Of a stretch of DNA of 32,000 nt, positions 1 to 9,869 are shown piece by piece. Where the stretch lies: positions 990,001 to 1,022,000 of the forward strand of contig NC_008312.1 in NCBI RefSeq assembly GCF_000014265.1. The letters are read 5' to 3'. The DNA is from Trichodesmium erythraeum IMS101. GTDB lineage: Bacteria; Cyanobacteriota; Cyanobacteriia; Cyanobacteriales; Microcoleaceae. The position numbers and the translations under genes were made by a program. The notes beneath the pieces were generated by a model. The model was not told where the DNA came from. It searched no databases and worked only from the letters and a program-made list of their open reading frames with translations. The first letter of the stretch is position 1. Each line of letters opens with the position of its first letter.

Positions 1-763
1 TGTTGTCAAAAAAATGTGGGATTCTTAAGTAAGCCACACTCTTACATAAACTGCCTAGATACAAGACAAATTATTGATGTTTATGTACAATTGCCCTGAC
101 TATTGAAAATTAAAAATTGAAACATCAACATTGAGTCAAAATTACTAACTGTTGTATAGAATTTTGAGGTTAGTTCTGTCTATATTCTGCACAACAACGG
201 TAAAAAATTAAAGATAAATAATTTTTCAACCCAAGAGTATAATAGGATGATATCTAAAATTTTGCTGAGTGATACAATCAAGAATAATTTATAATAAATG
301 TCTACCTTATGGTAGAACAAAAAAACAAATAGTTTTAACTGAAAAACATTTAAGCGAATTATTTTAAGATTATCTAATAATCAAAAAAATGACTTTCATT
401 CAATAAGTGGTAAATTTGCTATAGTAAATATTTTTAACTTAGAGCTGATTGAAAAACTTAGCTGGGATTTTTATCCTGCCTAGATTTTAGTAATTTGGGG
501 TGTACAGGACAAAAAATTGCACAAAATTTAAGGGTAGCAATAAATTTAGCTTTTTAATATCTACTTAATAAATCAGCTCTTAAAACTACCAAACCCTTAG
601 CTTTGATCAACTCCTTGGAAATTCTTGAACCTAAACCTAAGTTAAAGTATTCCTTTAGAGGTGTTAAAAATACTCTGGGTGATGGAAAAGGCTAAAAAAT
701 TTATTTCAGCAAATTATCCTCACCTGCTTAAAAATTATTACCATTTGCAGAATAAATTTCCTT

Positions 764-2905
764 ATGTCATTAGAAAATTCACAAACAAAAAACCTGGAGG
801 CAAGTTCTGATAGCTCCTCTGAAAATGGAGTAAACAGCTATAATAGTAATTCTCTAGTAGAAACAGAAGCGGTAAATACTACTTCAAAACCTTTAGAGGA
901 AGAACAAAACGATAACTTAGAAGTTGAACCCCAAAAAAATTCCCAAAAATTAATAGAATTTCAAGGAAGAAAAGACAAAAAAAAATATTGGGGATGGCAA
1001 CTAAAGTGGTGGAGTATTGCAGCTAGCTTTGGAATTACAGCTGGTGTAGCACTTCTGTGGTTACTGGTTATCCCTGCCGAACCAAACTGCGAAAAAATTT
1101 CACCATTATCATCAGATGGCAAACGACTTTACTGCGCTAACAAAGCGGCCGAGTCACGAGATCTAGAAGAGTTAGAAAAAGCTTTCAATTTAGTAGAAAG
1201 TTGGCCAGAAGAACACCCCCTCTATCAAATGGGTCAACAAATGACAGGAGAATGGACAAAGTTAATCATCTCCATTGCTTATCAAAAGATTAGAAAAGGG
1301 AACTTACAGGGAGCTCTAAATGCAGTAGAGAAAATTCCGGAAGATAGTCCGGCTTACCCTAGGGTAGAAGAAGCAGTAACAGATTGGAAAAAACAATGGA
1401 TAGAAGGTCAATCTTTCTATGACAAAGCTACAGAAGCTATAAAGGCTATGAATTGGAATAAAGCTTCAGATTATTCCTTGACCATGTCAAAGCTAGATAA
1501 TGTTTACTGGCAAACTAATAAGTATAGAGAATTATTAGAGCGCATTGTATTGGAAAAAAAGGCTTGGCAAATCCTTAAAGATGCTCGTTATTTGATATAC
1601 AGAGAAACAGTAGACGAATATGGAGAAGCGATCGCTTTAGCCAACAAAATAGACCCTAGTCTTTATATTCGAGCAGAAGCTGAGAAAAATATTCAACAGT
1701 GGGTTCGTACCTTAATCGAAATTGCTACTGAATATATAGAAGAAAAAGATATAGAAGGGGCCATTACAGCTATCGAATATATTCCTTCAGGGCATAAACT
1801 GAAAAAAGAAGCTAAAGACTTAATATTACTAGGCCATGCTCAAGCAGCAACTTGGAACAAATCTGAGGGAGAGTCTCAAATTGCCAATATGGTAGATCTC
1901 ATAGAAGGAAAAGCTGTAGCAGCTCAGATTACTTTAGATAGCCCATATTATACACAAGCTCAGACTCAAGCTAAACAACTCCAACAATATTTAGACAACT
2001 TAACTCGTATTCAGCTAGCTAAGGCGATCGCCAGCATTGGTCAACCACCAGCATTACAATTGGCCATAGACCAAGCTCAAATGGTTGGTCTGAAACAACC
2101 AGGACGAATCCAAGCTCAAACCTTAATTGCTAAATGGCGCAAAGATATTCTCAAGATAAAAGACCGACCTTATGTAATTTTAGCTAAACAACTAGCTAAA
2201 CAAGAGACTATTGATAGTTATACAAAAGCTATTAAACAAGCTAGTTATGTTGCCTTGGATCGTCCACTGAGAATAGAGGCTCAAACTCTAATAGCTGAGT
2301 GGAATAAACGAGTACAAATTATAGAAGATTCACCATTATTAGCAGAAGCTAGAGCTTTAGCAAAAGAAGGAAACCTAGGTCAAGCTATTGATGTTGCATA
2401 TCAGATAGAACAGGGTCGTGCTCTATATAGGGAAGCTCAGGATGAAATTTATAAATGGACAACAGAGCTACAAATTGCCCAAGATCAACCAATTCTTGAT
2501 CAAGCTTATAGCTTGGCCAAGCAAGGTAGTCTGACTGCTGCCATTAACACAGCTTATAAAATTGGCTATGGACGTACTTTGTATTATGAAGCTCAAGATG
2601 CTATATCTCGTTGGGAGTCTGAACTAGATGCGATACGGGAATCACAAAGAGCTGAGCAAGCTCGCAGAGAGCAACAATACCAACTAAGGCAGGAGCAACA
2701 ATATTATTCCCCTGCTCCAAGTACCCAATATTATTCACCAGCTCCACAGAGGTCTTATTCCCCTGCCTCTAGTCCTCAATATTATTCTCCTGCCCCGAGT
2801 CCCCAATATTATTCCCCTGCTCCACAGAGGTCTTATTATTCTACCCCAGACCCATCTCCAGCTCCAGCCTCCAATAGGTCAGATGCCTATCTACTTCAAG
2901 AATAA
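764..2905 (+). CDS. Membrane-anchored repeat protein with Tyr/Pro/Ser-rich C-terminal tail (function unknown)
   Basis: 713-aa ORF. Acidic N-terminus, then a K/R patch (GRKDKKKYWGWQLK) and one hydrophobic helix (aa ~82-103, WWSIAASFGITAGVALLWLLVI). Several ~45-aa helical repeats follow, e.g. LAKEGNLGQAIDVAYQIEQGRALYREAQDEIYKW and LAKQGSLTAAINTAYKIGYGRTLYYEAQDAISRW. The tail is made of QYYSPAP(S/Q) units. Confidence 0.75.
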   Translation: MSLENSQTKNLEASSDSSSENGVNSYNSNSLVETEAVNTTSKPLEEEQNDNLEVEPQKNSQKLIEFQGRKDKKKYWGWQLKWWSIAASFGITAGVALLWLLVIPAEPNCEKISPLSSDGKRLYCANKAAESRDLEELEKAFNLVESWPEEHPLYQMGQQMTGEWTKLIISIAYQKIRKGNLQGALNAVEKIPEDSPAYPRVEEAVTDWKKQWIEGQSFYDKATEAIKAMNWNKASDYSLTMSKLDNVYWQTNKYRELLERIVLEKKAWQILKDARYLIYRETVDEYGEAIALANKIDPSLYIRAEAEKNIQQWVRTLIEIATEYIEEKDIEGAITAIEYIPSGHKLKKEAKDLILLGHAQAATWNKSEGESQIANMVDLIEGKAVAAQITLDSPYYTQAQTQAKQLQQYLDNLTRIQLAKAIASIGQPPALQLAIDQAQMVGLKQPGRIQAQTLIAKWRKDILKIKDRPYVILAKQLAKQETIDSYTKAIKQASYVALDRPLRIEAQTLIAEWNKRVQIIEDSPLLAEARALAKEGNLGQAIDVAYQIEQGRALYREAQDEIYKWTTELQIAQDQPILDQAYSLAKQGSLTAAINTAYKIGYGRTLYYEAQDAISRWESELDAIRESQRAEQARREQQYQLRQEQQYYSPAPSTQYYSPAPQRSYSPASSPQYYSPAPSPQYYSPAPQRSYYSTPDPSPAPASNRSDAYLLQE
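2702..2872 (+). repeat. In-frame degenerate tandem repeat encoding (Q)YYSPAP(S/Q..) units
   Basis: Direct reading gives YYSPAPST QYYSPAPQRS YSPASSP QYYSPAPSP QYYSPAPQRS YYSTPDPSPAPAS. The nucleotide string caatattattc(c/a)cc(t/a)gctcca recurs. Confidence 0.85.
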
Positions 2906-3007
2906 TTAACTATTAAGATTGAAGATTTAATCAAGATATTAAAGAAACTTTCAGTTTAATTTTTACTGGTTATTATAATCTTAAATATCTCAAGCAAAAA
3001 CAAATTT

Positions 3008-4957
3008 ATGAATAGTGAATCAGCATTAAAATTGCTGCTCATCGATAATGACCCTATCTTTCGGATGGGGTTAAAATTTTCCTGTGAGCAGTTTTCGGAT
3101 ATAGAAATAGTAGTTGAGACAGAAGTAGGCTCAAAAGCATTAAAAATTATTCACTCTTTGAACACACAAGAGAATAATTTTTTGGTAATTCTAGACATAG
3201 AAACCAATAATTTGCTTCCTCAAACTACAGAGAAAATTACAATTTCTGGAATTGACTTTTGTCAACAACTTAAAATTTCGTACCCAGAATTACCAATATT
3301 ATTATTAACATATCTACAAGATAACCTATTATTGACATTAGTAAAAAATTTAGGTGTTAATGGTTATTGTCCAAAAGGAATCAGTATTTCTGAGTTAATA
3401 ATTATTATTAGAAAAATAGGGTCCGGCCAATATCATTGGCAAAATATTATTGGGGTTGAAGCTATAGAAGAAAACTCTAATAAACTAGCAAATTTAAATT
3501 CAAGAGTGCAAATAAAAAAAATTTTTAATAATATTTTTGGTAACATCTGCAACTCGGGGATAAAACAAATAGATTCTGCTCTCTCAGAAGTAACATCTCA
3601 ACTGAATGAAAGAGAAAAAAAATTAGATATCAACAATTTAACTTCTCTACTCAATATGGCAATAACTTCTGGGCAACGCCGAGAATTGCTAACAGCTAGA
3701 TGGATACTAATTCAATTTTCAAGTCAGTCTTTTAATACTTATAATAAACAGGAGCAAATAGATTTAAATGAAGATAATTTTGACTACTCAAAAACACAAA
3801 ATATTACCGATTTACAAACTAATAAGCTCATTGGTTTAGTTAACAATAATCGGGAAACTTTTCTGAATACAAATGCAGAAGTTATTTCCCAAACTTCCAC
3901 TGATAAAAGCAATGTACAAACAGCAGTATTTGAAGCAACAGTAGCTAAATTAAATTCTAATTTAATCAACTTCAGTGGGTTACCTATGGAAATTGATATA
4001 TTGCGAGGTTCTAAGAAAAAAGAACTAATTTATATAGCTTTATGTAAGTTTGAAGATCTTCTTGATGAACTACGTAGTGCTTCTACTCTGAAGGAAGAAA
4101 TCATAAAAAAGAGATATGATATTGTACATAATTTGTGGGAATTAACGAGCCAGTTTTTTTGGGATGAATACCATAAATTAGAAATCAGTAATAGCATAGA
4201 ATTAGTCAATTGTTTTTCAGAAAAAATTAGAGTAGAAGTGATGCCAGTCTTATTAAACGAGGCGGATAATGTACATAAGTTTATTCTTGATAAAATTCCT
4301 TTAGTTGAAGAATTAATAGCTTACTTATTATTTGAAGTTCCTTTGTTAGTTGATAATGTATCTTTTGCCGTAGGTACTCCTGAAGCTATGGAACGTTCTG
4401 AAGCTTTACTGCAAAATTTATTAATTTCAGTTGCTAACAGTGTTATCCAACCTTTATTAAATAATTTTGCCCATGTAGAGGAAATTAAAAAATATTTTTA
4501 TGATCAACAATTATTATCCACACGAGATATTGAAAAGTTCAGAAATCGCTTATCTTGGAAATATCGCATAGAACAATATATAGAGGAACCAAAAGCAATT
4601 TTTGAGAGTAACTTTTTCTTATTTGTGTTAAATGAACGTGGCATTAAAAGAATATCTATTTATTCACCCCGTAGACATGAATTAGGAAAACTATCAGGGA
4701 TTCCATTAACAGTAACATTACTTTTAGAAACTCGTGATGCAATAGCTCCTGGTATTAGAGGAACTATTTCTTTTATTGGCAGTGGAGTTGTGTATTTATT
4801 AACTCAAGTAATTGGGCGTGGTATAGGTTTAATTGGAAGAGGTATTATTCAGGGCGTGGGTAGTTCTTTTCAAGATGCTAGATTTGGTAAAAATAATAAT
4901 ATGGGACAAACAAGAAGAAATCATGAACAAAGCAGAAGGCAGAAAGGGAGTATCTAG
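3008..4957 (+). CDS. Response-regulator receiver domain protein with long C-terminal domain resembling the cyanobacterial REC + DUF3685 architecture
   Basis: 649-aa ORF. The N-terminus is CheY-like: LLLIDNDPIFRMGLKF, a candidate phospho-Asp in FLVILDIE, LLLLTY, and YCPKG. There is no DNA-binding output domain I can recognise. The C-terminal end is Gly-rich (GRGIGLIGRGIIQGVG). The DUF3685 assignment is from memory of that architecture, not a search. Confidence 0.75.
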   Translation: MNSESALKLLLIDNDPIFRMGLKFSCEQFSDIEIVVETEVGSKALKIIHSLNTQENNFLVILDIETNNLLPQTTEKITISGIDFCQQLKISYPELPILLLTYLQDNLLLTLVKNLGVNGYCPKGISISELIIIIRKIGSGQYHWQNIIGVEAIEENSNKLANLNSRVQIKKIFNNIFGNICNSGIKQIDSALSEVTSQLNEREKKLDINNLTSLLNMAITSGQRRELLTARWILIQFSSQSFNTYNKQEQIDLNEDNFDYSKTQNITDLQTNKLIGLVNNNRETFLNTNAEVISQTSTDKSNVQTAVFEATVAKLNSNLINFSGLPMEIDILRGSKKKELIYIALCKFEDLLDELRSASTLKEEIIKKRYDIVHNLWELTSQFFWDEYHKLEISNSIELVNCFSEKIRVEVMPVLLNEADNVHKFILDKIPLVEELIAYLLFEVPLLVDNVSFAVGTPEAMERSEALLQNLLISVANSVIQPLLNNFAHVEEIKKYFYDQQLLSTRDIEKFRNRLSWKYRIEQYIEEPKAIFESNFFLFVLNERGIKRISIYSPRRHELGKLSGIPLTVTLLLETRDAIAPGIRGTISFIGSGVVYLLTQVIGRGIGLIGRGIIQGVGSSFQDARFGKNNNMGQTRRNHEQSRRQKGSI

Positions 4958-5265
4958 GGTTATAAAGTCATGCATTTATATATTCATGTATTAATCTATG
5001 ACTAAGTTTAAGCTTGAAAATTTGTTAGCCTATCAATGTTTCTTACTTGTCGACTTTTGTATGAATTTATATAACTCAGTTATGTAATATTTTTACTTAA
5101 ATTGGTATGACTAATAGCTATAATATCTGCAAATTAAAATGATAATTTTTAGTAGTTAGGAAATACAGCATATCCCGTGATTCATCTGGTACAACTAACA
5201 GGGTAAATATTTGTTGCTTGTTTCAATTCCTATTGCTGATCTTCCCTATTTTCTATTCCCTAAAA

Positions 5266-6087
5266 ATGACAAAATATAGACTCTCTCAACAACACCTAAA
5301 TTTACTGACAACTTGTCCTCGCAAATTCCAATACCTCTACCTAGATAATTTAAGTGTACCGACAACACTCATAGAGCAAGAAAGAATCAATTGGGGAAGC
5401 CAGTTTCACTTATTAATGCAACAAAGAGAATTAGGATTACCAATAGAATCTTTGATAGTAGAAAATCAAGAAATGCAGCATTGTTTTGAAAATTTTTTCC
5501 AAGCTGCACCAGAAATATTAAATTTTGACACTCAAGATGGTTTAATCTTACGTCAAGCTGAGTATAATCGTAGCATTAATTTTAATGGCTATATTCTGAC
5601 AGTTATTTATGATTTATTAATTACTAATTTTCAACAAGCACAAATTTTTGATTGGAAAACTTATAGCTACCCTCAAAACAAAGAAAAAATAGCTGAAAAC
5701 TGGCAAACACGTCTCTATCTTTATACACTAGTGAAAACAAGTAACTATTTGCCAGAAGAAGTTTCGATGAACTATTGGTTTATCCCACCAAAAAATAAAC
5801 AACTACCCTATAAATGGAAGTTTTCTTATAATCAAAAACTACATCAGAAAACTGAGCAGGATTTACAACATATATTAGATAATTTAAATGAATGGTTAAA
5901 GCATTATCAGCAAGAAGGGGTTGAATTTCCTCAGGTAGAGATTCTTGATACTTGTGATAATTGTCAATTTGCTAGAAACTGTGAACGTTTTTCAGAAGTT
6001 CAATACCAAGAGAAATCTGTTCAATCTGGAGATATTCAACCTAGTTTTATATTAAATCTAGAGAGCATTCCAGAAATATCAATTTAG
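5266..6087 (+). CDS. PD-(D/E)XK nuclease family protein, Cas4/AddB-like with four-Cys cluster
   Basis: The ORF is open from a TTG at 5218, but ATG 5266 (MTKYRLSQQHLNLLTTCPRKF) is the likely start. Motifs seen: N-terminal CPRK Cys, VIYDLL (D), IFDWKT (D/ExK), QTRLY (QxxxY) and C-terminal CDNCQFARNC (CxxCx5C). Confidence 0.8.
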   Translation: MTKYRLSQQHLNLLTTCPRKFQYLYLDNLSVPTTLIEQERINWGSQFHLLMQQRELGLPIESLIVENQEMQHCFENFFQAAPEILNFDTQDGLILRQAEYNRSINFNGYILTVIYDLLITNFQQAQIFDWKTYSYPQNKEKIAENWQTRLYLYTLVKTSNYLPEEVSMNYWFIPPKNKQLPYKWKFSYNQKLHQKTEQDLQHILDNLNEWLKHYQQEGVEFPQVEILDTCDNCQFARNCERFSEVQYQEKSVQSGDIQPSFILNLESIPEISI

Positions 6088-6603
6088 TCTAAAATTATCA
6101 AAATAACTAGTTCAAATTAAGGTTACGATTAATATTATTTTGGATTATAAGTCATATTTATCTAATGCCACGGTTAAAAAGGGCTTTGGTTTACCTAGTT
6201 TCCTTTCTAGTGATTTAGCTTTATTAATTCCTGACATTACGTTTAACAGTAGGTATATCTGCTAAAGTTTGTTAACTCCTCAGTACTTACGCAAAGACAA
6301 TAGGGTTGTTGGGTGTGGAAAAATTTAAAATGTTTAAAAGCTTACTCTATAAAGTTTTTAGATTTTTTTGATCTTGTAAAACACCCTTAAAGATAAACTT
6401 GTTTTGGGTTTTAGCTATTTTTTAGGCTTAATTCCCAACACATCTAATATATATACATAATAATATGACAAAAAAGCGCGACGTTCATTATAGCTTTATG
6501 TGTGCCCAGCCCTCCGTCATAAGCAAGAGGGTATATAGGACAAATACTTATCTAAGATAACAAATTAAGCAATTGAGCTGTTTATACCGATTTCTATAGA
6601 AAT

Positions 6604-6720
6604 CAAAAATACAGAGATATTAGCTTAAAAGTAGAAGCTAGAAGCCAGAAAACTGAGGGTAGAAGTCAAGTTGAAATGACAGTGAAAACCGCTATAATTT
6701 GGACTTTTACTCTGAAACCC
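6604..6720. repeat. Dispersed intergenic repeat, copy A (partner at 18806)
   Basis: caaaaatacagagatattagcttaaa matches 18806-18831 at 25 of 26 positions. Both copies continue with AGAAG-rich purine runs, then agtgaaaac and a (t)tactct(g/c)aaa segment. Confidence 0.6.
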
Positions 6721-7126
6721 AATAAGTAATTTTATGGTTAATTTAGGCAAAATTATTAGTATTAAGACTATATGATAGCATATAATTATTAGTTACAAGT
6801 AACCTGAAGTAGATTTAGAAATTAATGTGGTATGACTGACGTGGTATAGCTAAAGTTATAAGTTAGGTATAGGAGCAGTCGGATAGGCAGTTTACAGAAG
6901 TTAAATTAGCACCATAGACTCAATGTAAGAGGTGTGATAATGTCCCCACTGCAAGTTAAAACTACTGTTTTTTCCCTATCTTCCAACCCATATTTCTTGT
7001 TCTATAAGAATGTTGCATCGAAAGTCCCCACTTATCCCTTGCTTCTTAAACCATCAACGTAGCTGTCTAATAACTTCGTAAACGGTTGTATAAATTAAAA
7101 ACAGTTGGCTTATTAATCAGAATATC

Positions 7127-8314
7127 ATGTCATCAAAAATACTTGTTGTAGATGATGAACCAGATTTTGAATCACTGATCATCCGTAGCTTTAGAAAGAA
7201 AATAAAACAAAAAGAGCTGGATTTTATTTTTGCCACAAATGGTATAGAAGCACTAGAAATTTTGTCAGAGGGAGTTAATATAGATATAGTATTAACTGAT
7301 ATTAATATGCCCTTAATGGATGGGTTAACTTTATTAGATAATCTTCGAGTTTTCTATCCTGATATTAAGGCAGTAATTGTTTCTGCTTATGATGATCTCG
7401 ATAAAATTAGGTCTGCGATGAATAGAGGTGCTTTTGATTTTTTGACTAAGCCTATAGATTTTCAAGATTTAGAAATTACAATCCAAAAAACATTAGAAAA
7501 TGTTCAACAGCTCAAAGAAAATAAGCGTTTAAAGCAAGAAAAACATGAGGCAGAAGCAGCTAATCGAGCAAAAAGTGTATTTCTCGCAAATATGAGCCAT
7601 GAATTACGAACACCATTAAATGCTATTATTGGGTACAGTGAAATTTTACTAGAAGATGCTCATAGTTTAGGTTCTAAAGACTTTATTCACGATATTAACA
7701 ATATTCATACTTCAGGAAAACATTTATTAACGATAATTAATGATATTCTCGATCTTTCAAAAATTGAGGCTGGTAAGATGGATGTTCACTGGGAAAGTGT
7801 TAATATTATGGTATTAATTGAAAATGTTTTAGCAACTATTCAACCTTTGATTGAACAAAATAATAATATATTAGAAATAATTTGTGAAGATAACCAAGAA
7901 CCGATAATGGCAGATCCTAATAAAATGCGTCAGGTAATTTTAAATCTTTTGAGTAATGCAGCTAAATTTACAGAAAATGGCAAAATAATTTTGAAAGTTA
8001 AAGTTGCTAATAATGATGAAGATTTTATTTCTCAAAATAGAGACTGTAATTTTACAGATAAGGTGTTAATTCTAAGTGTTGCTGATACTGGTATAGGTAT
8101 ATCAGAAGAAAAAATAGATAGTTTATTTCAACCATTTACTCAAGCTGATAATTCAACAACACGAAAATATGGAGGAACAGGTTTAGGTTTAGCTATTAGT
8201 CGTCACTTCTGTAAAATGATGGGTGGGGATATTACTGTAGTTAGTGAAGTCAATAAGGGTTCAATATTTACTGTGAAATTTCCTGTTCCTCAAATAATAT
8301 CTATTGATTCATAA
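7127..8314 (+). CDS. Hybrid two-component protein: N-terminal receiver domain fused to HisKA/HATPase histidine kinase core
   Basis: 395-aa ORF. REC: [27 protein letters not shown]-box: [18 protein letters not shown]-box: [11 protein letters not shown]1: DTGIGI. G2: [12 protein letters not shown] coiled-coil linker joins the domains. There is no TM or sensor domain. Confidence 0.9.
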   Translation: MSSKILVVDDEPDFESLIIRSFRKKIKQKELDFIFATNGIEALEILSEGVNIDIVLTDINMPLMDGLTLLDNLRVFYPDIKAVIVSAYDDLDKIRSAMNRGAFDFLTKPIDFQDLEITIQKTLENVQQLKENKRLKQEKHEAEAANRAKSVFLANMSHELRTPLNAIIGYSEILLEDAHSLGSKDFIHDINNIHTSGKHLLTIINDILDLSKIEAGKMDVHWESVNIMVLIENVLATIQPLIEQNNNILEIICEDNQEPIMADPNKMRQVILNLLSNAAKFTENGKIILKVKVANNDEDFISQNRDCNFTDKVLILSVADTGIGISEEKIDSLFQPFTQADNSTTRKYGGTGLGLAISRHFCKMMGGDITVVSEVNKGSIFTVKFPVPQIISIDS

Positions 8315-8646
8315 AAAATATTAAATAAAAAATTAATATATACCTTACGATTAAGAAAAAAAATTATCTTTTTAGCTTTTACTATACATTAATGCTTTCA
8401 TTTTGAAACGACTTTGTACTTTAGGATTTTTCTAAAAGTTGTTAAGTCTACTACTACCTGATACAGCTTCAAATAAGTTAAAGTTTAATTCTCCAGATGA
8501 GGTAAATTATACATATATCTATTTAATATTTTATAGGTTTAATTAGGGTTTTCTAAAAAAGTATGAAAACAGTTGATTTATTCTTATACTAATTTCATAA
8601 ACTTAAGCTACACTTTTAGAAGTAACCTATTATAGAAAATGTCCCC

Positions 8647-9150
8647 ATGTCAGGAGTAGTAAAAATTGAGATAAATGAATCGGTAGAAACTCTCAAAAAA
8701 CTTTTAAAAAGTGCGAGTACAGCTCAAGAAAAGGAAAGACTTCAAACTATTTACTGGTTGAAAACTCAAACAGTAGAAACAGTAAAAGAAATTGCGATAA
8801 TGTTAGGACGCAATCGAGTCACAGTACAAAAATGGTTAGGGAAATATCGTACAGGTGGACTGAATCTTTTACTAGAACCAAAGAAAAATCTAGGAGGGAG
8901 GCCAAGTTCAATTCCACCAAATGTAATCGAGAAATTAGAAGCAGAATTGCAAAACCCGGAAGGTTTCCAAAGCTATGGTGAAATTCAACAGTGGTTAACG
9001 ACTTGTTTTGACATCGAGCTGTCTTATCGAACAGTTCATCAATTAGTCAGATATAAATTAAAAAGTAAATTAAAAGTTCCACGTCCAAATCACATAAAAC
9101 AAAATAAAGAAGCTCAAGAAAACTTTAAAAAAAACTCTCATCTCAACTAG
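8647..9150 (+). CDS. IS630 transposase N-terminal (HTH) part, orfA
   Basis: 167-aa ORF with helix-turn-helix-like segments (VKEIAIMLGRNRVTVQKWLGKYRTGG; SYRTVHQLVRY). An A8 run at 9127-9134 lies just before its stop. Confidence 0.8.
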   Translation: MSGVVKIEINESVETLKKLLKSASTAQEKERLQTIYWLKTQTVETVKEIAIMLGRNRVTVQKWLGKYRTGGLNLLLEPKKNLGGRPSSIPPNVIEKLEAELQNPEGFQSYGEIQQWLTTCFDIELSYRTVHQLVRYKLKSKLKVPRPNHIKQNKEAQENFKKNSHLN

Positions 9151-9719
9151 AAGAGAAAATTAAGTTAATTAATAAATATTCGGAAAATCAACTGCCAATT
9201 CGCTATTGGTGTCAAGACGAGACTAGAATTGGATTAAAAACTATAACAGGTAAAGTCATTACTGCTTGCGGTGTTAAGCCCATTGGTTTATATCAATGGC
9301 TATTTAAATATCTATGGCTTTATGGTTTAGTAGAACCAAAAACAGGAGATTCCTTTTTTTATGAATTTAGTCATCTAGATACTCCTTGCTTTGAAAGATT
9401 TTTAGAGCTTTTTTCTCAAACATATCCTGAAGAGATTCATATTATTCAACTAGATAACGGGCGAGGGCATCTAGGGAATGATTTATCTATCCCTGATCAC
9501 ATCATTTTATTATTTCAACCTCCTTATTGTCCCGAAGTTAATCCCATTGAAAGACTGTGGAAAGAGGTGAAAAAATTCTTGAAAAATCGAGTTTTCGATT
9601 CCTTAGATTTCTGACGCAGAATCCTGAGAAATATATTAACTGGATTTAGTCAAAAAGATATTGCTTCTTGTACAGGATATGATTTTATTCTTGAAGCATT
9701 ATGTGTAGTCGGACTTTAG
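9129..9719 (+). pseudogene. IS630 transposase DDE part (orfB), reached by -1 shift, interrupted by premature stop
   Basis: The -1 frame from A_AAA_AAC (9129-9135) reads KKLSSQLEEKIKLINKYSENQLPIRYWCQDETRIG...NPIERLWKEVKKFLKNRVFDSLDF, then TGA (9612), then RRILRNILTGFSQKDIASCTGYDFILEALCVVGL and a stop. Confidence 0.75.
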
Positions 9720-9869
9720 GAAATTGGTATTAATAAAAATTGATATTATCAAAAATTATTATCATTTATTCAACTAGAAGTTGAAATTATTAAAAACAAC
9801 TAGACAAAAAACTATAAAAAAAGAGAAAAAGCCTTTTTTAAGAGGGTAGAAAGGTTGATTACTAAAAAA

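Larger units (their letters stand above)
8647..9719 (+). mobile_element. IS630-family insertion sequence (coding span only; terminal inverted repeats not identified), apparently inactivated
   Basis: The HTH N-terminal ORF (8647-9150) continues in the -1 frame with a DDE domain: RYWCQDETRIGLK, IIQLDNGRGH and LLFQPPYCPEVNPIERLWKEVK. An in-frame TGA lies at 9612-9614 and the homologous reading ends at TAG 9717-9719. Confidence 0.8.

Noticed and set aside
2702-2872. Resemblance of YYSPAPS units to the eukaryotic RNA polymerase II CTD heptad (YSPTSPS)
   Set aside because: This is only a superficial compositional similarity in a bacterial protein with a predicted extracytoplasmic tail, and there is no basis for homology.
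3784-3969. 61-aa minus-strand ORF
   Set aside because: It lies wholly antisense inside the 649-aa REC-domain gene. It has no RBS or recognisable motifs and is an expected chance ORF.
5218-5265. N-terminal extension of the nuclease ORF from a TTG start
   Set aside because: The extension (FQFLLLIFPIFYSLK) is unconserved-looking hydrophobic filler. ATG 5266 begins the LSQ.HLNLL..CPRKF motif typical of the family N-terminus.
6939-8647. Shared 10-mer AATGTCCCCA at 6939-6948 and 8638-8647 (just before or overlapping the IS630 start) as a possible IS630 terminal repeat or solo end
   Set aside because: No matching inverted copy lies at the right side of the IS, and the flanks do not align. It is too short to support a call.
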